Assembly: GCA_963700145.1 (NCBI GenBank)
Contig: OY969474.1
Location: forward strand, 1,056,001-1,120,000
Reading direction: 5' to 3'
Length of the DNA stretch: 64,000 nt
DNA from: an uncultured Acidobacteriota bacterium
GTDB taxonomy: Bacteria; Acidobacteriota; Thermoanaerobaculia; Multivoradales; UBA5704
Each line of letters starts with the position of its first letter. Within the stretch, counting starts at the first letter, position 1. The position numbers were made by a program, and so were the translations under genes. A model generated the notes under the pieces. That model searched no databases, had not been told where the DNA came from, and saw only the letters and a program-made list of their open reading frames with translations. Positions 50,801 to 63,382 of the stretch are shown one piece after another.

Positions 50801-51355
50801 CTAGTTGTCGTTCTCGATCGACGGGATCGAGCGCAGGAACTCGTAGACCGCGCGCAGGTCGCGCTCGATCATGTGGCTGTAGACCGGCCAGGGCATGACC
50901 TGCAGGATCGGCCCGAGCTGCGGGTGCCGGTCGGGGTCGTGGCCGGTGCGCATGATGTTGCGGAACTCCCCGTAGGTGAGGCCGTGCGGGCGGCCACTCT
51001 CGTCCGGCGTGATGTTGGCCGAGATGAAGGGGCCGAAGGCGGTGCCGCCGGCCAGGAAGCCCTCGGTGTTGATCTGCTCCGGCTCGCCGTTGAAGGGGTC
51101 GCCCCCGGGTGCGTACGGCGGGTTGGTGTGGCAGTCGTTGCAGCCGCCCTGGGCGTTGACGATGTAGCTGCCGAGGCCCAGAAGCTGGCGGTTGCGGCCG
51201 CGCAGCTTGAGCGGCACCGGGGAGATGTTGAAGCCGCGGATGATGCGCTGCGTCTCGGAGTCGGGCGCCGCGGGCGGCTGCCCCTGGACCTCGGACAGGG
51301 CGACGGCGAGCAGGACGGGAACGGCCAACAACGGGATCCAGGTCTTGGCTCTCAT
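50801..51355 (-). CDS. Secreted c-type cytochrome
   Basis: Signal peptide, CNDCH, 'SANITP', 'MPW'. Confidence 0.85.
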   Translation of the reverse strand: MRAKTWIPLLAVPVLLAVALSEVQGQPPAAPDSETQRIIRGFNISPVPLKLRGRNRQLLGLGSYIVNAQGGCNDCHTNPPYAPGGDPFNGEPEQINTEGFLAGGTAFGPFISANITPDESGRPHGLTYGEFRNIMRTGHDPDRHPQLGPILQVMPWPVYSHMIERDLRAVYEFLRSIPSIENDN

Positions 51356-51383
51356 CGGTGTCTCTCCTCTCCTCATCGACGGT

Positions 51384-52502
51384 TCAAGCGAGCGCTTGCA
51401 GGAGGTCTGCCACCAGGTCGTCGGGGTGCTCGAGGCCGATCGAGGCGCGGAGGAGGTTCTCGGGCGTCGGGCTCCCCGGCCCCTCGCTGGAGGCGCGGTG
51501 CTCGATCAGGCTCTCGGTGCCGCCCAAGCTGGTGGCGTTGACGAAGAGCCGCAGGCGCGAGGCGACCTCGATCGTCCGCTCGCGGCCGCCGCGCACTTGC
51601 AGCGAGAGCATGCCGCCGAAGGCGCGCATCTGGCGGCGGGCGATCTCGTGGCCGGGGTGGGACGGGAGGCCGGGGTAGTGCACGGTCTCGATCTGCGGGT
51701 GCCCGGCGAGCGCCTGCGCCACCGCCAGGGCATTGGCCGAATGCCGCTCTATGCGGCAGGCGAGCGAGCGCAGGCCGCGCAGCACGAGCCAGGAGTTGAA
51801 GGGCGAGGCTACGCCGCCGGTGATGTGCCGCAGGTGGGCGGCGCGCTCGACGAGGTCGTCCGCCGCGGCGAAGACCAGCGCCCCCGCCTGCACGTCGCCG
51901 TGGCCGCCGAGGTACTTGGTGGCGGAGTGGAGGACGGCGGCGGCGCCGAGCGCCAGCGGCCGCTGCAGGGCCGGGGTGGCGAAGGTGCCGTCGACCAGCA
52001 GGCGGGCGCCGGCGCCGCGCGCCAGCTCAGCCACCGCCGCCAGGTCGACGACCTGCATCAGCGGGTTCGAGGGGCTCTCGGTCCAGAGGAGGCCGGTCTC
52101 GGGGCGGAGGGCGGCGCGCAGGGCGTCGAGGTCGCGGAAGTCGGCGAAGCTCGCCGTCATCCCCCAGCGCGGCAGGAGCTCCCGCGCCAGCTTGCGGAAG
52201 CCGTAGTAGAGGTCTTCCTGGAAGAGGACGTGAGTACCGGGCGGCAGGGATTGGAGGTAGGCGGTGCCGGCCGCCATCCCGGAAGCGAAGACGAGCGCCG
52301 CCGCGCCCCCTTCGACCGCGGTCAGCGCCTCCTCGAGCCGCACCTGGGTGGGGTTGCCCTCGCGGATGTACATCCAGCCGTGCGGCCGCTCGCCGGCCGG
52401 GCCGTGCTCGTAGGTGGTGGAGAGATGGATGGGGGGCGCCACCGACCCCGTGGCGGGGTCGCGCTCCCCTCCGGCGTGGACGGCAAGGGTCTCGAATTTC
52501 AC
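51384..52502 (-). CDS. Cystathionine gamma-synthase/lyase family PLP enzyme
   Basis: 'Y.REGNPT', 'FASGMAA', 'HSATKYLGGH', 'SLGGTESL'. Confidence 0.92.
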   Translation of the reverse strand: MKFETLAVHAGGERDPATGSVAPPIHLSTTYEHGPAGERPHGWMYIREGNPTQVRLEEALTAVEGGAAALVFASGMAAGTAYLQSLPPGTHVLFQEDLYYGFRKLARELLPRWGMTASFADFRDLDALRAALRPETGLLWTESPSNPLMQVVDLAAVAELARGAGARLLVDGTFATPALQRPLALGAAAVLHSATKYLGGHGDVQAGALVFAAADDLVERAAHLRHITGGVASPFNSWLVLRGLRSLACRIERHSANALAVAQALAGHPQIETVHYPGLPSHPGHEIARRQMRAFGGMLSLQVRGGRERTIEVASRLRLFVNATSLGGTESLIEHRASSEGPGSPTPENLLRASIGLEHPDDLVADLLQALA

Positions 52503-52523
52503 GAACGGTTCATGAGAACGCGG

Positions 52524-52896
<373 letters not shown>

Positions 52897-52921
52897 CCGC
52901 GACCGCTATTGTAACGGTTCC

Positions 52922-54061
52922 ATGCCGATCCATGTTCCCGGGCGTCTGGCGCGGCGCGGGCCGGCCGTCCTCGCAGTCGGGTTGCCGTTGCTGGTCTACC
53001 TCGCCATCTGCGCCACTGGCTTCGACGGCGGGCACTACCTGCGGGGCGACTGCCCGTACTACTTCCTGACCGCCGGCTCGCTCTGGCTGGACGGCGACCT
53101 CGACCTCGGCAACCAGCTCCCCGGCGGGCTGGCCGAGCACCAGACGCAGGTCGCGCTCGACCGCTTCGGCCGCCTCGTCCCCAAGCACCCGCTCGTCCTG
53201 CCGCTCCTCGCGCTGCCGCTCGTCGCGGCGCTCGGGGCGCCCGGGGCGCTGGTCTTCAACCTGCTCCAGCTCGCGGCGCTGCTGGCCGTGCTCTTCGGGC
53301 TGGCCCGGTGCGTCGCGCCTCCCTGGGCGGCTGCCGTCGCAGTCGCGCTCACCGGGATCGCCACCTTCCTGCCGCAGTACGCCTGGAACTTCTCGCCCGA
53401 CGTGCTCTCGACCCTGCTCTTCGCCGGCGGGCTCCTCACACTGCCCGCCGACCGCCGGGCGGCGCCGCTGCGCCACCTCGCGGCCGGGCTCCTCCTCGGG
53501 CTGGCGGTGGTGGCGAAGCTGCCTTACCTCGTGGCGCTCCCCGCCGTCCTGCCGCTCGCCGGGGCGCCGCTCCGCCGCGCGCTGCCGCCGCTCGCCGCCG
53601 GGCTTGCCGTGCCGATCGCGCTGGCAGCCCTCCTGAACCTCCACCTCTTCGGCTCGCCGCTCACCACCGCCTACGACCGGATCGCCCGTCTCGACCGCGG
53701 CGAGGTGGTGGTCTACAGCCAGCGCGAGGACTTCGACCTGCCGCTCGCCGAGGGCCTGCGCGGCCAGCTCTTCGACCGCCGCCACGGCCTCCTCTTCACC
53801 ACGCCGGTGACGCTGGTGGCGCTCGCCGGCCTCCCCCTCCTCGCCCGCCGGCGGCCGCGGCTGGCGCTCGCCGTCGGCTGGACCGCCGCCGCTCTCCTCC
53901 TCTTCTTCTCCCGCTACGAGCTCTGGTACACCTCGGCCTACGGCAACCGCTTCCTGCTGCCGGTGGTGGCCATGGCGGCGCTGCCGCTGGCGGCGCTCTG
54001 CGAGTGGGCGGCGGCCCTGCTGCAGAGGCCGCGGGAAACTCCCGGCACGCCCCCGCCGTAA
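52922..54061 (+). CDS. Polytopic membrane protein, GT-C-like glycosyltransferase
   Basis: Early 'GD..YY' loop, multiple TMs, 'GNRFLLP'. Confidence 0.65.
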   Translation: MPIHVPGRLARRGPAVLAVGLPLLVYLAICATGFDGGHYLRGDCPYYFLTAGSLWLDGDLDLGNQLPGGLAEHQTQVALDRFGRLVPKHPLVLPLLALPLVAALGAPGALVFNLLQLAALLAVLFGLARCVAPPWAAAVAVALTGIATFLPQYAWNFSPDVLSTLLFAGGLLTLPADRRAAPLRHLAAGLLLGLAVVAKLPYLVALPAVLPLAGAPLRRALPPLAAGLAVPIALAALLNLHLFGSPLTTAYDRIARLDRGEVVVYSQREDFDLPLAEGLRGQLFDRRHGLLFTTPVTLVALAGLPLLARRRPRLALAVGWTAAALLLFFSRYELWYTSAYGNRFLLPVVAMAALPLAALCEWAAALLQRPRETPGTPPP

Positions 54062-54103
54062 TACGGCCTGGCGCTCCAGGACCGGAAGCCAGCGGAGGCG
54101 GCG

Positions 54104-55000
<897 letters not shown>

Positions 55001-55017
55001 AGCGCGCCGGGGACACC

Positions 55018-58000
55018 ATGCTCGGCGCCATCGCTCGCTTCGAGGTCCGCTACCAGCTCCGGCAGCCGCTCTTCTGGTCCACCACCGCCGTCCTCGCGCT
55101 CCTCACCTTCGGGGCGGTGACCTCCGACACGGTGAGCATCGGCGGCGCGATCGGCAACGTCCACCGCAACTCGCCGTTCGTGATCATGCAGTTCATGACC
55201 GTGCTGTCGGTCGTCGGTATGTTCGTCATCACCGCCTTCGTCGCCAGCTCGGTGCAGCGCGACTTCGAGCACGGCACGGCGCCGCTCTTCTTCTCGCGGC
55301 CGATCAAGAAGCGCGACTACCTCTTGGGCCGCTTCGCCGGGTCGTTCGCGGTCTCGGCGCTGGTCTTCCTCGGCCCGCTGCTGGCGATCGTCCTCGGCAG
55401 CTTCATGCCCTGGCTCGAGCCCGAGCGGCTGGGCCCGTTCCGCCTGGCGCCGTACGCCTTCACCTTCTTCGTCCTCGTGCTGCCGAACCTGATCTTCGTC
55501 GCCGCCGTCTTCTTCGCCCTGGCGGCGGTGACGCGGAGCCTGCTCGCGACCTACCTCGGGGTCGTCGTCTTCATGGTCGTCTACCTGGTCTCGGCCGTCC
55601 TGCTCGAGGACATCGAGAACCACTTCGCGGCGAGCCTTCTCGATCCCTTCGGCGGCGCTGCCATCGATCTCGCGACCCGCTACTGGACGGTGGTCGAGAA
55701 GAACACCGCCCTCCCCGACCTCGCCGAGGGCCTGCTCTGGAACCGCGTCGTCTGGATCGGCGTCGGCCTGCTGGCGCTGGCCGCCGGCTACGTTGCCTTC
55801 GACCCGGCGCGCGACGGCGGCCGGCTCCGCCGCCGGCGCCGGGCGCTGCCCGAAGACGACGCGCCTCTCGCCGCCGCATCGCTCGCCGCCGCCTTCCCCA
55901 CCGCGGCGCAGGACTTCTCCGCCCGCACCGCCTGGCGGCAGTTCTTCCACCAGGCGCGGCTGGAGGTCGTCGGCGTGCTGCGCAGCATCCCCTTCCTGGT
56001 GATGGTCGCCTTCGGCTGCGTCAACGTGCTCGCCAGCGTCTCTTTCGGCGAGCGCCTGTTCGGCACCTCGACCTATCCGGTGACGCACCTCATGCTCCAG
56101 CACCTCGAGGGGTCGTACGTGTTCCTGCTGGTCATCATCGTCATCTTCTTCGCCGGCGAGCTGATCTGGAAGGAGCGCGGGCTCGGGATGCACGAGGTCT
56201 ACGACGCCCTGCCGACCCCGACCTGGACGACGCTGGCCGCCAAGCTCGCGGGGCTCGCCACGGTCGTCCTCGTCTTCCTGGGCGTCGGCGCGCTGGCGAT
56301 GATCGGCTTCCAGGCCTGGCAGGGCCACTTCCGCTTCGAGCCCGGGCTTTACGCCAAGGGCCTCTTGATCTCCGGCGTCTACTTCCTGCTGGCGGCGGTG
56401 CTCGCCGTCTTCCTGCAGGTCGCCGCCAACAGCAAGTTCCTGGGCTACCTGCTGATGATCCTGTACCTGGTGAGCGCGATCGTCCTCGACAGCCTCGACT
56501 TCGACCACTACCTCTACCGCTACGGCGGCACGCCCGACATGCCGTACTCCGACATGAACGGCTACGGCCACTTCGTCGTGCCGTTCCTCTGGTTCGCGCT
56601 CTACTGGAGCTGCGTCGCGCTCGTCCTCTACGGCCTGGCGATCCTGCTGCGGGTGCGCGGCACCGAGCCCTCCTGGCGCCACCGGCTGCGGCAGGCGGCG
56701 GCGCGCTTTCGCGGGCCGGTGCGCTGGGCGGTCGCCGCCGGCCTGGCCGGAGCCGTCGCCACCGGCGCCTTCATCTTCTGGAACACCAACGTGCGCAACG
56801 CGTACGTCCCCGGCGACGAGCAGGAGCGGCGGCAGGCCGAGTACGAGAAGCGCTACCGGCAGTACATGGACATGCCGATGCCGCGCATCGTCGCCGTGCG
56901 CACCGAGGTGGACATCTTCCCGGAGACCCGGCGGATGGAGGCGCGCGGCCACTACCGGCTGCAAAACCGGACGGCGCGGCCGATCGGTGTCTTGCACCTC
57001 AACCTCGACCCGCGCGTCGAGGTCAAGGCGCTCCGCTTCCGTCCCCACCGGCTCGTCCGCCGCGACGCCGAGCTCGGCTACTCGATCTACCGCCTCGATC
57101 GGCCGCTCCAGCCCGGCGAGGAGATGGCGCTCGACTTCGAGGTCGCCGTCCAGGAGCGCGGCTTCGTCAACGGCGGCTCCGACACCTCGCTCGTCGCCAA
57201 CGGCACCTTCTTCAACAACCGCCAGTACTTCCCGCTGCTCGGCTACGACGAGGACCGGCAGCTCGTCGATCGCAACCTGCGGCGCGAGCACGGGCTGCCG
57301 CCGGTGCGCCGCATGCCGCGCCTCGACGACCGCTTCGCGCGCCGCAACACCTACCTCGGGCGCGACGCCGACTGGATCGACTTCGAGACCGTGGTGAGCA
57401 CCAGCCCCGGCCAGATCGCGCTGGCGCCCGGCTACCTGCAGCGCGAGTGGAAGGCCGGCGGGCGGCGCTACTTCCACTACGCGATGGACGCGCCGATCCT
57501 CCACTTCTACTCCTACCTCTCGGCCGACTGGGCGGTGCGCCGCGACCGCTGGCGCGACGTGGCGATCGAGGTCTACTACCACCCGCCGCACGGCTACAAC
57601 GTCGAGCGGATGGTCGACGGCGTCAAGCGCTCCTTGGACTACTTCACCGCCGAGTTCGGCCCCTACCAGCACCGCCAGGTGCGCATCCTGGAGTTCCCGC
57701 GCTACGCGCGCTTCGCGCAGTCGTTCCCTAACACCATCCCCTACTCCGAGGACATCGGCTTCATCGCCCGCGTGCGCGACGCCGAGGAGGACATCGACTA
57801 CCCGTTCTACGTCACCGCCCACGAGGTGGCCCACCAGTGGTGGGCGCATCAGGTGATCGGCGGCAACGTCCAGGGAGCGACGATGCTCTCCGAGACGCTG
57901 TCGCAGTACTCGGCGCTGATGGTCATGGAGAAGGAGTACGGGGCGCGGCAGATGCGGCGGTTCCTCAAGTACGAGCTCGACCGCTATCTCAGCGACCGCG

Positions 58001-58629
58001 GCGGCGAGCTGGTCGAGGAGCTGCCGCTGATGCGGGTCGAGGGGCAGCCCTACATCCACTACCGCAAGGGGAGCGTCGCGATGTACGCGCTCAAGGACGC
58101 CATCGGCGAGGCGGCGCTCAACGCCGCCCTGCGGCGCTTCGTGACGGCGAAGAAGTTCCAGCGCGCGCCCTTCACCTACACCCGCGAGCTGATGGCCGAG
58201 CTCGAGCGGGCGACGCCGCCGGACCGGCGGGCGCTGCTCGCCGACCTCTTCGAGACCATCACCCTGTTCGAGAACCGCGTCACCACCGCCCTCGCCACGC
58301 GCCGCGCGGACGGCAAGTTCGCGGTGGACCTGACGGTCGAGGCCAAGAAGCTGCGCGCCGACGGCCAGGGCGTCGAGACACAGGTCGCCCTCGACGACTG
58401 GATCGACGTCGGCGTCTTCGCCGGCGAGGAGAAGGGCGGCGCCCCCGGCGAGCGCGTCCTCTACCTCGCGAAGCACCACGTCACCGCCCCGACGACGAAG
58501 CTGCGCCTGACCGTCGCCGAGGCCCCAACGCGGGCCGGCATCGACCCCTACAACAAGCTGGTGGACCGCAACTCGGAGGACAACCTCAAGAGAGTCGAAG
58601 GCGCGACCGGCCGAGCGGCCGGGCGCTAG
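55018..58629 (+). CDS. ABC-2 permease - M1 aminopeptidase fusion
   Basis: Two TM blocks then 'AHEVAHQWW...SETLSQY', 'Y.KG'; known architecture. Confidence 0.9.
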   Translation: MLGAIARFEVRYQLRQPLFWSTTAVLALLTFGAVTSDTVSIGGAIGNVHRNSPFVIMQFMTVLSVVGMFVITAFVASSVQRDFEHGTAPLFFSRPIKKRDYLLGRFAGSFAVSALVFLGPLLAIVLGSFMPWLEPERLGPFRLAPYAFTFFVLVLPNLIFVAAVFFALAAVTRSLLATYLGVVVFMVVYLVSAVLLEDIENHFAASLLDPFGGAAIDLATRYWTVVEKNTALPDLAEGLLWNRVVWIGVGLLALAAGYVAFDPARDGGRLRRRRRALPEDDAPLAAASLAAAFPTAAQDFSARTAWRQFFHQARLEVVGVLRSIPFLVMVAFGCVNVLASVSFGERLFGTSTYPVTHLMLQHLEGSYVFLLVIIVIFFAGELIWKERGLGMHEVYDALPTPTWTTLAAKLAGLATVVLVFLGVGALAMIGFQAWQGHFRFEPGLYAKGLLISGVYFLLAAVLAVFLQVAANSKFLGYLLMILYLVSAIVLDSLDFDHYLYRYGGTPDMPYSDMNGYGHFVVPFLWFALYWSCVALVLYGLAILLRVRGTEPSWRHRLRQAAARFRGPVRWAVAAGLAGAVATGAFIFWNTNVRNAYVPGDEQERRQAEYEKRYRQYMDMPMPRIVAVRTEVDIFPETRRMEARGHYRLQNRTARPIGVLHLNLDPRVEVKALRFRPHRLVRRDAELGYSIYRLDRPLQPGEEMALDFEVAVQERGFVNGGSDTSLVANGTFFNNRQYFPLLGYDEDRQLVDRNLRREHGLPPVRRMPRLDDRFARRNTYLGRDADWIDFETVVSTSPGQIALAPGYLQREWKAGGRRYFHYAMDAPILHFYSYLSADWAVRRDRWRDVAIEVYYHPPHGYNVERMVDGVKRSLDYFTAEFGPYQHRQVRILEFPRYARFAQSFPNTIPYSEDIGFIARVRDAEEDIDYPFYVTAHEVAHQWWAHQVIGGNVQGATMLSETLSQYSALMVMEKEYGARQMRRFLKYELDRYLSDRGGELVEELPLMRVEGQPYIHYRKGSVAMYALKDAIGEAALNAALRRFVTAKKFQRAPFTYTRELMAELERATPPDRRALLADLFETITLFENRVTTALATRRADGKFAVDLTVEAKKLRADGQGVETQVALDDWIDVGVFAGEEKGGAPGERVLYLAKHHVTAPTTKLRLTVAEAPTRAGIDPYNKLVDRNSEDNLKRVEGATGRAAGR

Positions 58630-59966
58630 CCCATCACGAGCCGCAGCAAGCCGAGGGCGGCGCCGGCGGCGATGACCCACAGGACGTCGACGCGCCAGCG
58701 GACGAGGACCAGAAGCGCCAGCACCGCGACGGTGAGGGCGAAGGGGTCGAGCCCGCCGGCCGGGAAGAAGACGGCCGTCCCGAAGACGACGGCGAGGTTG
58801 AGGATCACGCCGACGACCGCCGCGGTGATGCCGCCGAGGGCCGCGGCCCAGCGGCGGCTGTGGCGGAGGCGCTCGACGTGGGGGGCGCCGAGGAAGATGA
58901 AGACGAAGCAGGGCAGGAAGGTGGCCCAGGTGGCGAGGAGGGCGGCGGCGACCGCGCTCGCCGCCGGCGGCAGGCCCGCCGCGTGGTTCCAGCCGGCCAT
59001 GAAGCCGACGAACTGCAGCACCATGATGAGCGGGCCGGGGGTGGTCTCGGCGAGGGCGAGGCCGTCGACCGCCTGGGCGGCGGTGAGCCAGCCGAAGGCC
59101 TCGACCGCCTGCTGGGCGACGTAGGCGAGGACGGCGTAGGCACCGCCGAAGGTGATGAACGCGGCCCAGGTGAAGAAGAGGTAGACGTCGGCGTGGACGC
59201 CGCCGAGACCGAGGGTCGCCGCGAGGAGGACGAGCGGCAGGACCCAGAGGGCGAGGCCCCAGGCGAGGACGCGCGACGCCCGCGGCGCCGGCTGGCCAGC
59301 GAGGGCGGCGCCGCGCTCCCCCACCGGCTCGTTGCCCTCGGCGGCAGCGGCGGCCGCGCGCCGGTCGCCGGTGAGTAGACCGGCCGACGCGGCGGCGAAG
59401 ACGATCAGCGGAAAGGGGACATCCAGCAGGCGGATCGCCACGAACGCCGCGGCGGCGATCACCAGGTGCACCGGCCCGCGCAGGGCGCGGCGCCCGATGC
59501 GCAGCATCGCCGCCAGCACGATCGCCACGACGACCGGCTTGAGCCCCGCGAGCGCCGCCGCGACCGCCGGGAGCGTGCCGTGGGCGGCGTAGACCCACGA
59601 CAGCCCGAGCAGCACGAAGATCGAGGGCAGGACGAAGAGGACACCCGCCGCGAGGCCGCCGGCGACGCCGTGGAGCAGCCAGCCGATGTAGATCGCGAGC
59701 TGCTGCGCCTCGGGCCCCGGCAGCAGCATGCAGAAGTTGAGGGCGTGGAGGAAGCGGTCCTCGGCGATCCAGCGGCGGCGCTCGACCAGGTCGCGGTGCA
59801 TGAGGGCGATCTGGCCAGCCGGGCCGCCGAAGTTGACGCAGCCGAGGCGCGCCCAGTAGCGCAGGGCGACGCGGAAGGGGACAGTGGGCGCGGAAGCCGA
59901 GCTTCCCCCGCCCAGATCCTTCGCTTCGCTCAGGATGACAGGGCTGAGGGTTGGCTTCTGGTCCAT
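58626..59966 (-). CDS. chrA: Chromate efflux transporter
   Basis: 'FGGPAGQIA', '[10 protein letters not shown]', 'FGGAYAV', 'ETTPGP'. Confidence 0.93.
   Translation of the reverse strand: MDQKPTLSPVILSEAKDLGGGSSASAPTVPFRVALRYWARLGCVNFGGPAGQIALMHRDLVERRRWIAEDRFLHALNFCMLLPGPEAQQLAIYIGWLLHGVAGGLAAGVLFVLPSIFVLLGLSWVYAAHGTLPAVAAALAGLKPVVVAIVLAAMLRIGRRALRGPVHLVIAAAAFVAIRLLDVPFPLIVFAAASAGLLTGDRRAAAAAAEGNEPVGERGAALAGQPAPRASRVLAWGLALWVLPLVLLAATLGLGGVHADVYLFFTWAAFITFGGAYAVLAYVAQQAVEAFGWLTAAQAVDGLALAETTPGPLIMVLQFVGFMAGWNHAAGLPPAASAVAAALLATWATFLPCFVFIFLGAPHVERLRHSRRWAAALGGITAAVVGVILNLAVVFGTAVFFPAGGLDPFALTVAVLALLVLVRWRVDVLWVIAAGAALGLLRLVMG
59905..59940. repeat. Single arm of the REP-like element inside chrA 5' end
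   Basis: CCCCCGCCCAGATCCTTCGCTTCGCTCAGGATGACA closely matches right arm of 45668-45783. Confidence 0.85.
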
Positions 59967-60967
59967 CAGGCACCGAGGTCGATCGTCCGCCCGCCGCCGG
60001 CGGCGCGCGCCCGCTCCTCCACCGCCATCGCCGCCGCGAGGTCCTGGAGCGCCGTCCCCGTCGAGTCGAAGATCGTGATCTCCTCGGCCGAGGTGCGGCC
60101 CGGCCGCGTGCCGGCGACCACCTGGGCCAGCTCGGCGTGGACCTGGTCGGCGGCGACGAGGCCCGCCGCGACCGCGTGCTGCAGCTCGCCCAGCTCGGCG
60201 CACTGCGGCAGGGCGTCAACGACCAGGGTGCTCGCGGCGACGAGGCGCGGGTCCAGCTCCTGCTTCCCGCGGTCGTCCGCGCCGACGGCGGCGATGAAGG
60301 TGCCCGGCCGCACGTCTTCCCGGCGGACGAAGAAGGCGCGCGCGGGGGTGCAGGTGGCGCAGGCATCGCAGGCGGCGAGCGCCGCCGCGAGGTCCGCCGC
60401 CGGCTCGACCGCGACGCCGGCGAGCGCCGGCGCCAGCTCCGCCGCCAGGCGCTCGGCCCGCCGGCCGTCGAGGTCCCAGAGCAGGACGCGCGCGATGGGT
60501 AGCACGCCGCACAGGGCGCGCGCGTGCATCGCCCCCTGCCGCCCGCAGCCGCAGACGAGGAGGGTGCGCGCGTCGGGCCGCGCCAGGTGACGCGCGGCCA
60601 GGGCGCTCGTCGCGGCGGTGCGCAAGGCCGTGAGCTCCATCGAGTCGAGGAGCGCGAGCGGGCGGCCGTCGGCGCCGTCGAAGAGGACCATGACGCCCTG
60701 GATCGTGGGCAGGCCGCAGCGCTCGGGGTTGCCGGGGAAGTTGGCGTTCATCTTGACCGCGAGACGCGGCGCCGGGGCGCGGACGCCGGCCGCCTTGACG
60801 TGGACGCCGCCGCCGTCGGCGTGCAGGCCGAGGACGCGCGGCGGCAGGGTCTCGCCGGCGGCGTGACGGCGGAGGACCTCCGCGATCGCCGCCATGCACG
60901 ACGGCAGGTCGAGGAGCGCGGCGACCTCGCTCGCCGTCAGCAGCAGCGTGCCGCCTACCGCGCTCAC
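59966..60967 (-). CDS. Ornithine cyclodeaminase/mu-crystallin family
   Basis: 'LTALRTAA', 'GCGRQG', 'AVGAD', '[12 protein letters not shown]'. Confidence 0.92.
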   Translation of the reverse strand: MSAVGGTLLLTASEVAALLDLPSCMAAIAEVLRRHAAGETLPPRVLGLHADGGGVHVKAAGVRAPAPRLAVKMNANFPGNPERCGLPTIQGVMVLFDGADGRPLALLDSMELTALRTAATSALAARHLARPDARTLLVCGCGRQGAMHARALCGVLPIARVLLWDLDGRRAERLAAELAPALAGVAVEPAADLAAALAACDACATCTPARAFFVRREDVRPGTFIAAVGADDRGKQELDPRLVAASTLVVDALPQCAELGELQHAVAAGLVAADQVHAELAQVVAGTRPGRTSAEEITIFDSTGTALQDLAAAMAVEERARAAGGGRTIDLGA

Positions 60968-62343
60968 TCCATCTCGGCGGCGGCCCAGGCGGCGACGGCG
61001 TAGGCCGCCACCACCTGCCGCAGGCTGTGCGGATCGAGCTTGTCGACGGTGTCATCGGCGGTGTGGTGGACGTCGAAGTAGCGCGTGCTGTCCTGGTCGA
61101 GCGCCAGGATCGGCACGCCGGCCTCCCGGAGGGGCCCGAGGTCGGAGCCCCCTTCCACTTCTCCCTCACCGCGCCCGACGCCGAGCGGGGCGAGGAGCCG
61201 CGCGATCGCCTCGACGACCGGCAGGCGTGCGGCGGGGACCGCAGCCGAGACCTGGTAGACGGCGGCGCAGCCGTGGTCCGCCTCGACGGCCAGGACGTGG
61301 CGCGGCAGCTCGGCGCGGTGCCGCTCGGCGTACGCGTGCGCCCCCGAGAGCCCGAACTCCTCGTTGGCATAGAGCACCACGCGCACCGTGCGGCGCGGCG
61401 GCCGCGGCAGCTCGGCGAGGAGGCGGGCGGCCGCGACGACGATGCCGACCCCCGCCGCGTCGTCGAGGGCGCCGGGTCCGAGATCCCAGGAATCGAGGTG
61501 CGCGCCCAGCAGCACGATCTCCTCCGGCCGCTCGCGGCCGCGCACTTCCGCCAGCAGGTTCGCCGACTCGGCGTCCGGGAGCAGGCGGCTGGTCAGGCGG
61601 AGCCAGACTCGCACCTCTCCCCCGCTCGCGGCGGCGGTTTCGAGGCGGGCCGCCAGGAGGTCGGCGTCGGCGAGCGCCAGCGCGGCGGCCGGGATCGGCG
61701 GCACGCCGGGCTCGTAGATGACACGCCCGGTGTGCGGCAACCGCGCGGTGGAGGTGCCGATCGAGCGGATGAGGAGGGCGAGCGCGCCCTGCCGGGCGGC
61801 GGCGGTCGCGCCGGCCCGGCGCACCGGCGCGGCCTCGCGGTAGCCGGTGAAGTCGCGGGTGCGGCGCATCGGCTGATCGAGGAAGACGATCCGGCCGGCA
61901 ACCGACTCCGGCGGCGCGGCGGCGAGCGCGGCGAGCGACGGGAAGCGGACGACCTCGGCCTCCAGGCCCGTCTCGGGCGTCCCGACACTGCCGCCGAGGG
62001 CGGCGACGACGAGCGGCTGCGCGGCCGGGCCGGCCAGACGGGCGGCCGCCTCGCCGCGCTCCCAGCGCGGGACGGTCACGGCCTCGCGGCGCACCGCCGC
62101 GAGCCCCGCCTGCGCCAGCGCGCCCTCCGCCCAAGCCACGGCGCGGCGGTCGCCGTCGGAGCCCGCTAGCCGCGGCCCGACCTCGAGCGCCAGGGCGCGG
62201 GCCAGCTCGTAGGCGTGGTCGGTCGCCAGCGCCCGCTCGCGCAGCCGGGCCGCCGTCGCCGCGATCTCGTCCGCCGGCGCGGCGGCCGCGACGGAGACGG
62301 AGACGAGCAGGGCGGCCAGCACCGCGCAGCGGATCGGGGCCAT
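60964..62343 (-). CDS. Secreted M28 peptidase (carboxypeptidase Q-like)
   Basis: 'GAHLDSWD', 'GALDD', 'NEEFGL', 'HHTADDT'. Confidence 0.92.
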   Translation of the reverse strand: MAPIRCAVLAALLVSVSVAAAAPADEIAATAARLRERALATDHAYELARALALEVGPRLAGSDGDRRAVAWAEGALAQAGLAAVRREAVTVPRWERGEAAARLAGPAAQPLVVAALGGSVGTPETGLEAEVVRFPSLAALAAAPPESVAGRIVFLDQPMRRTRDFTGYREAAPVRRAGATAAARQGALALLIRSIGTSTARLPHTGRVIYEPGVPPIPAAALALADADLLAARLETAAASGGEVRVWLRLTSRLLPDAESANLLAEVRGRERPEEIVLLGAHLDSWDLGPGALDDAAGVGIVVAAARLLAELPRPPRRTVRVVLYANEEFGLSGAHAYAERHRAELPRHVLAVEADHGCAAVYQVSAAVPAARLPVVEAIARLLAPLGVGRGEGEVEGGSDLGPLREAGVPILALDQDSTRYFDVHHTADDTVDKLDPHSLRQVVAAYAVAAWAAAEME

Positions 62344-62398
62344 GCCGTCAACCTAGCAAGTGTCACTCGTGTATGTCAACTGTGATACCATCACGTCG

Positions 62399-63382
62399 AT
62401 GAAGGTCGGCTGGTACGTGCTCATCCACCATCTGCCGCCCGACCCTCCCTATCTGCGCGCCAAGATCGCCAACCGCCTGGCGCGCATCGGCGCGCTGCCG
62501 CTCAAGAACGCCGTCTACGTGCTGCCGCGCCGGGCTTCCTGCCTGGAGGACTTCCAGTGGGTCGCCGAGGAGGCGAAGGGGAGCGGCGGCACGGCCTACG
62601 TCGCCGCCGCGGAGTGGGTCGCGGGGGTGAGCGACGAGGAGCTGCGCCGGCGTTTCGCCGAGGCGCGCGCCGCCGACTACCGCGCCCTGGCCGGCGAGGT
62701 ACGCGCGGAGCTCGAGACGCGCGGCGGCGGCCGCGGCGGCGCTCGACTGGCGGCACTGCGGCAGCGGCTGGCGGAGATCGCGGCGGTGGACTGGTTCGCC
62801 GCGCCGGGGAGGGATGAAGTGGAAGAGCTTCTGGCGCGCCTCGAGAGCGAGGCACAGCAGGCCGCCGAGCCTGCCGAGTCGCCGCGCCGGACCGCGCTCG
62901 CCGAGCTGCGCGGCCTGACCTGGGTGACGCGCCCGGACGTCCACGTCGACCGCATCGCCACCGCCTGGCTGGTGCGCCGCTTCGTCGATCCCAAGGCGCG
63001 CTTCCGCTTCACGGCCCCGCCGGTGCGCCGCCGCGCCGGCGAGATCACCTTCGACCTGCCGGACGGGGACGTGACGCACGAGGGCGACCTCTGCACGTTC
63101 CAGGTGCTACTCGGCCGGCTGGGATCGGAGGACGCGGCGCTGCGGCGGATCGGCGAGATCGTCGCCGACATCGACCTCAAGGAGACGCGGCACGGCCATC
63201 CGGAGACACCGGGGATCGAGCGGCTGGTGAGCGGCATCGCCGCCCGCCACGCCCGCGACGCCGAGCGGCTGGAGCGCGGCGGCGCGATCTTCGATGCGCT
63301 CTACGCGGCGCTACGCGGCGCCGAGGGAACCCCGGCGGCCGCGCGTACACGGCGTCCCACGCGCAAGAGACGCTCCGGCTAG
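62399..63382 (+). CDS. chrB: Chromate resistance regulator ChrB
   Basis: 'WVTRPDVHVDRIATAWLVRRFVD', 'THEGDLCTF', 'FDALY'. Confidence 0.9.
   Translation: MKVGWYVLIHHLPPDPPYLRAKIANRLARIGALPLKNAVYVLPRRASCLEDFQWVAEEAKGSGGTAYVAAAEWVAGVSDEELRRRFAEARAADYRALAGEVRAELETRGGGRGGARLAALRQRLAEIAAVDWFAAPGRDEVEELLARLESEAQQAAEPAESPRRTALAELRGLTWVTRPDVHVDRIATAWLVRRFVDPKARFRFTAPPVRRRAGEITFDLPDGDVTHEGDLCTFQVLLGRLGSEDAALRRIGEIVADIDLKETRHGHPETPGIERLVSGIAARHARDAERLERGGAIFDALYAALRGAEGTPAAARTRRPTRKRRSG

Noticed and set aside
55018-58629. Permease-aminopeptidase fusion as a novelty
   Set aside because: Widespread known ABC-2/M1 architecture
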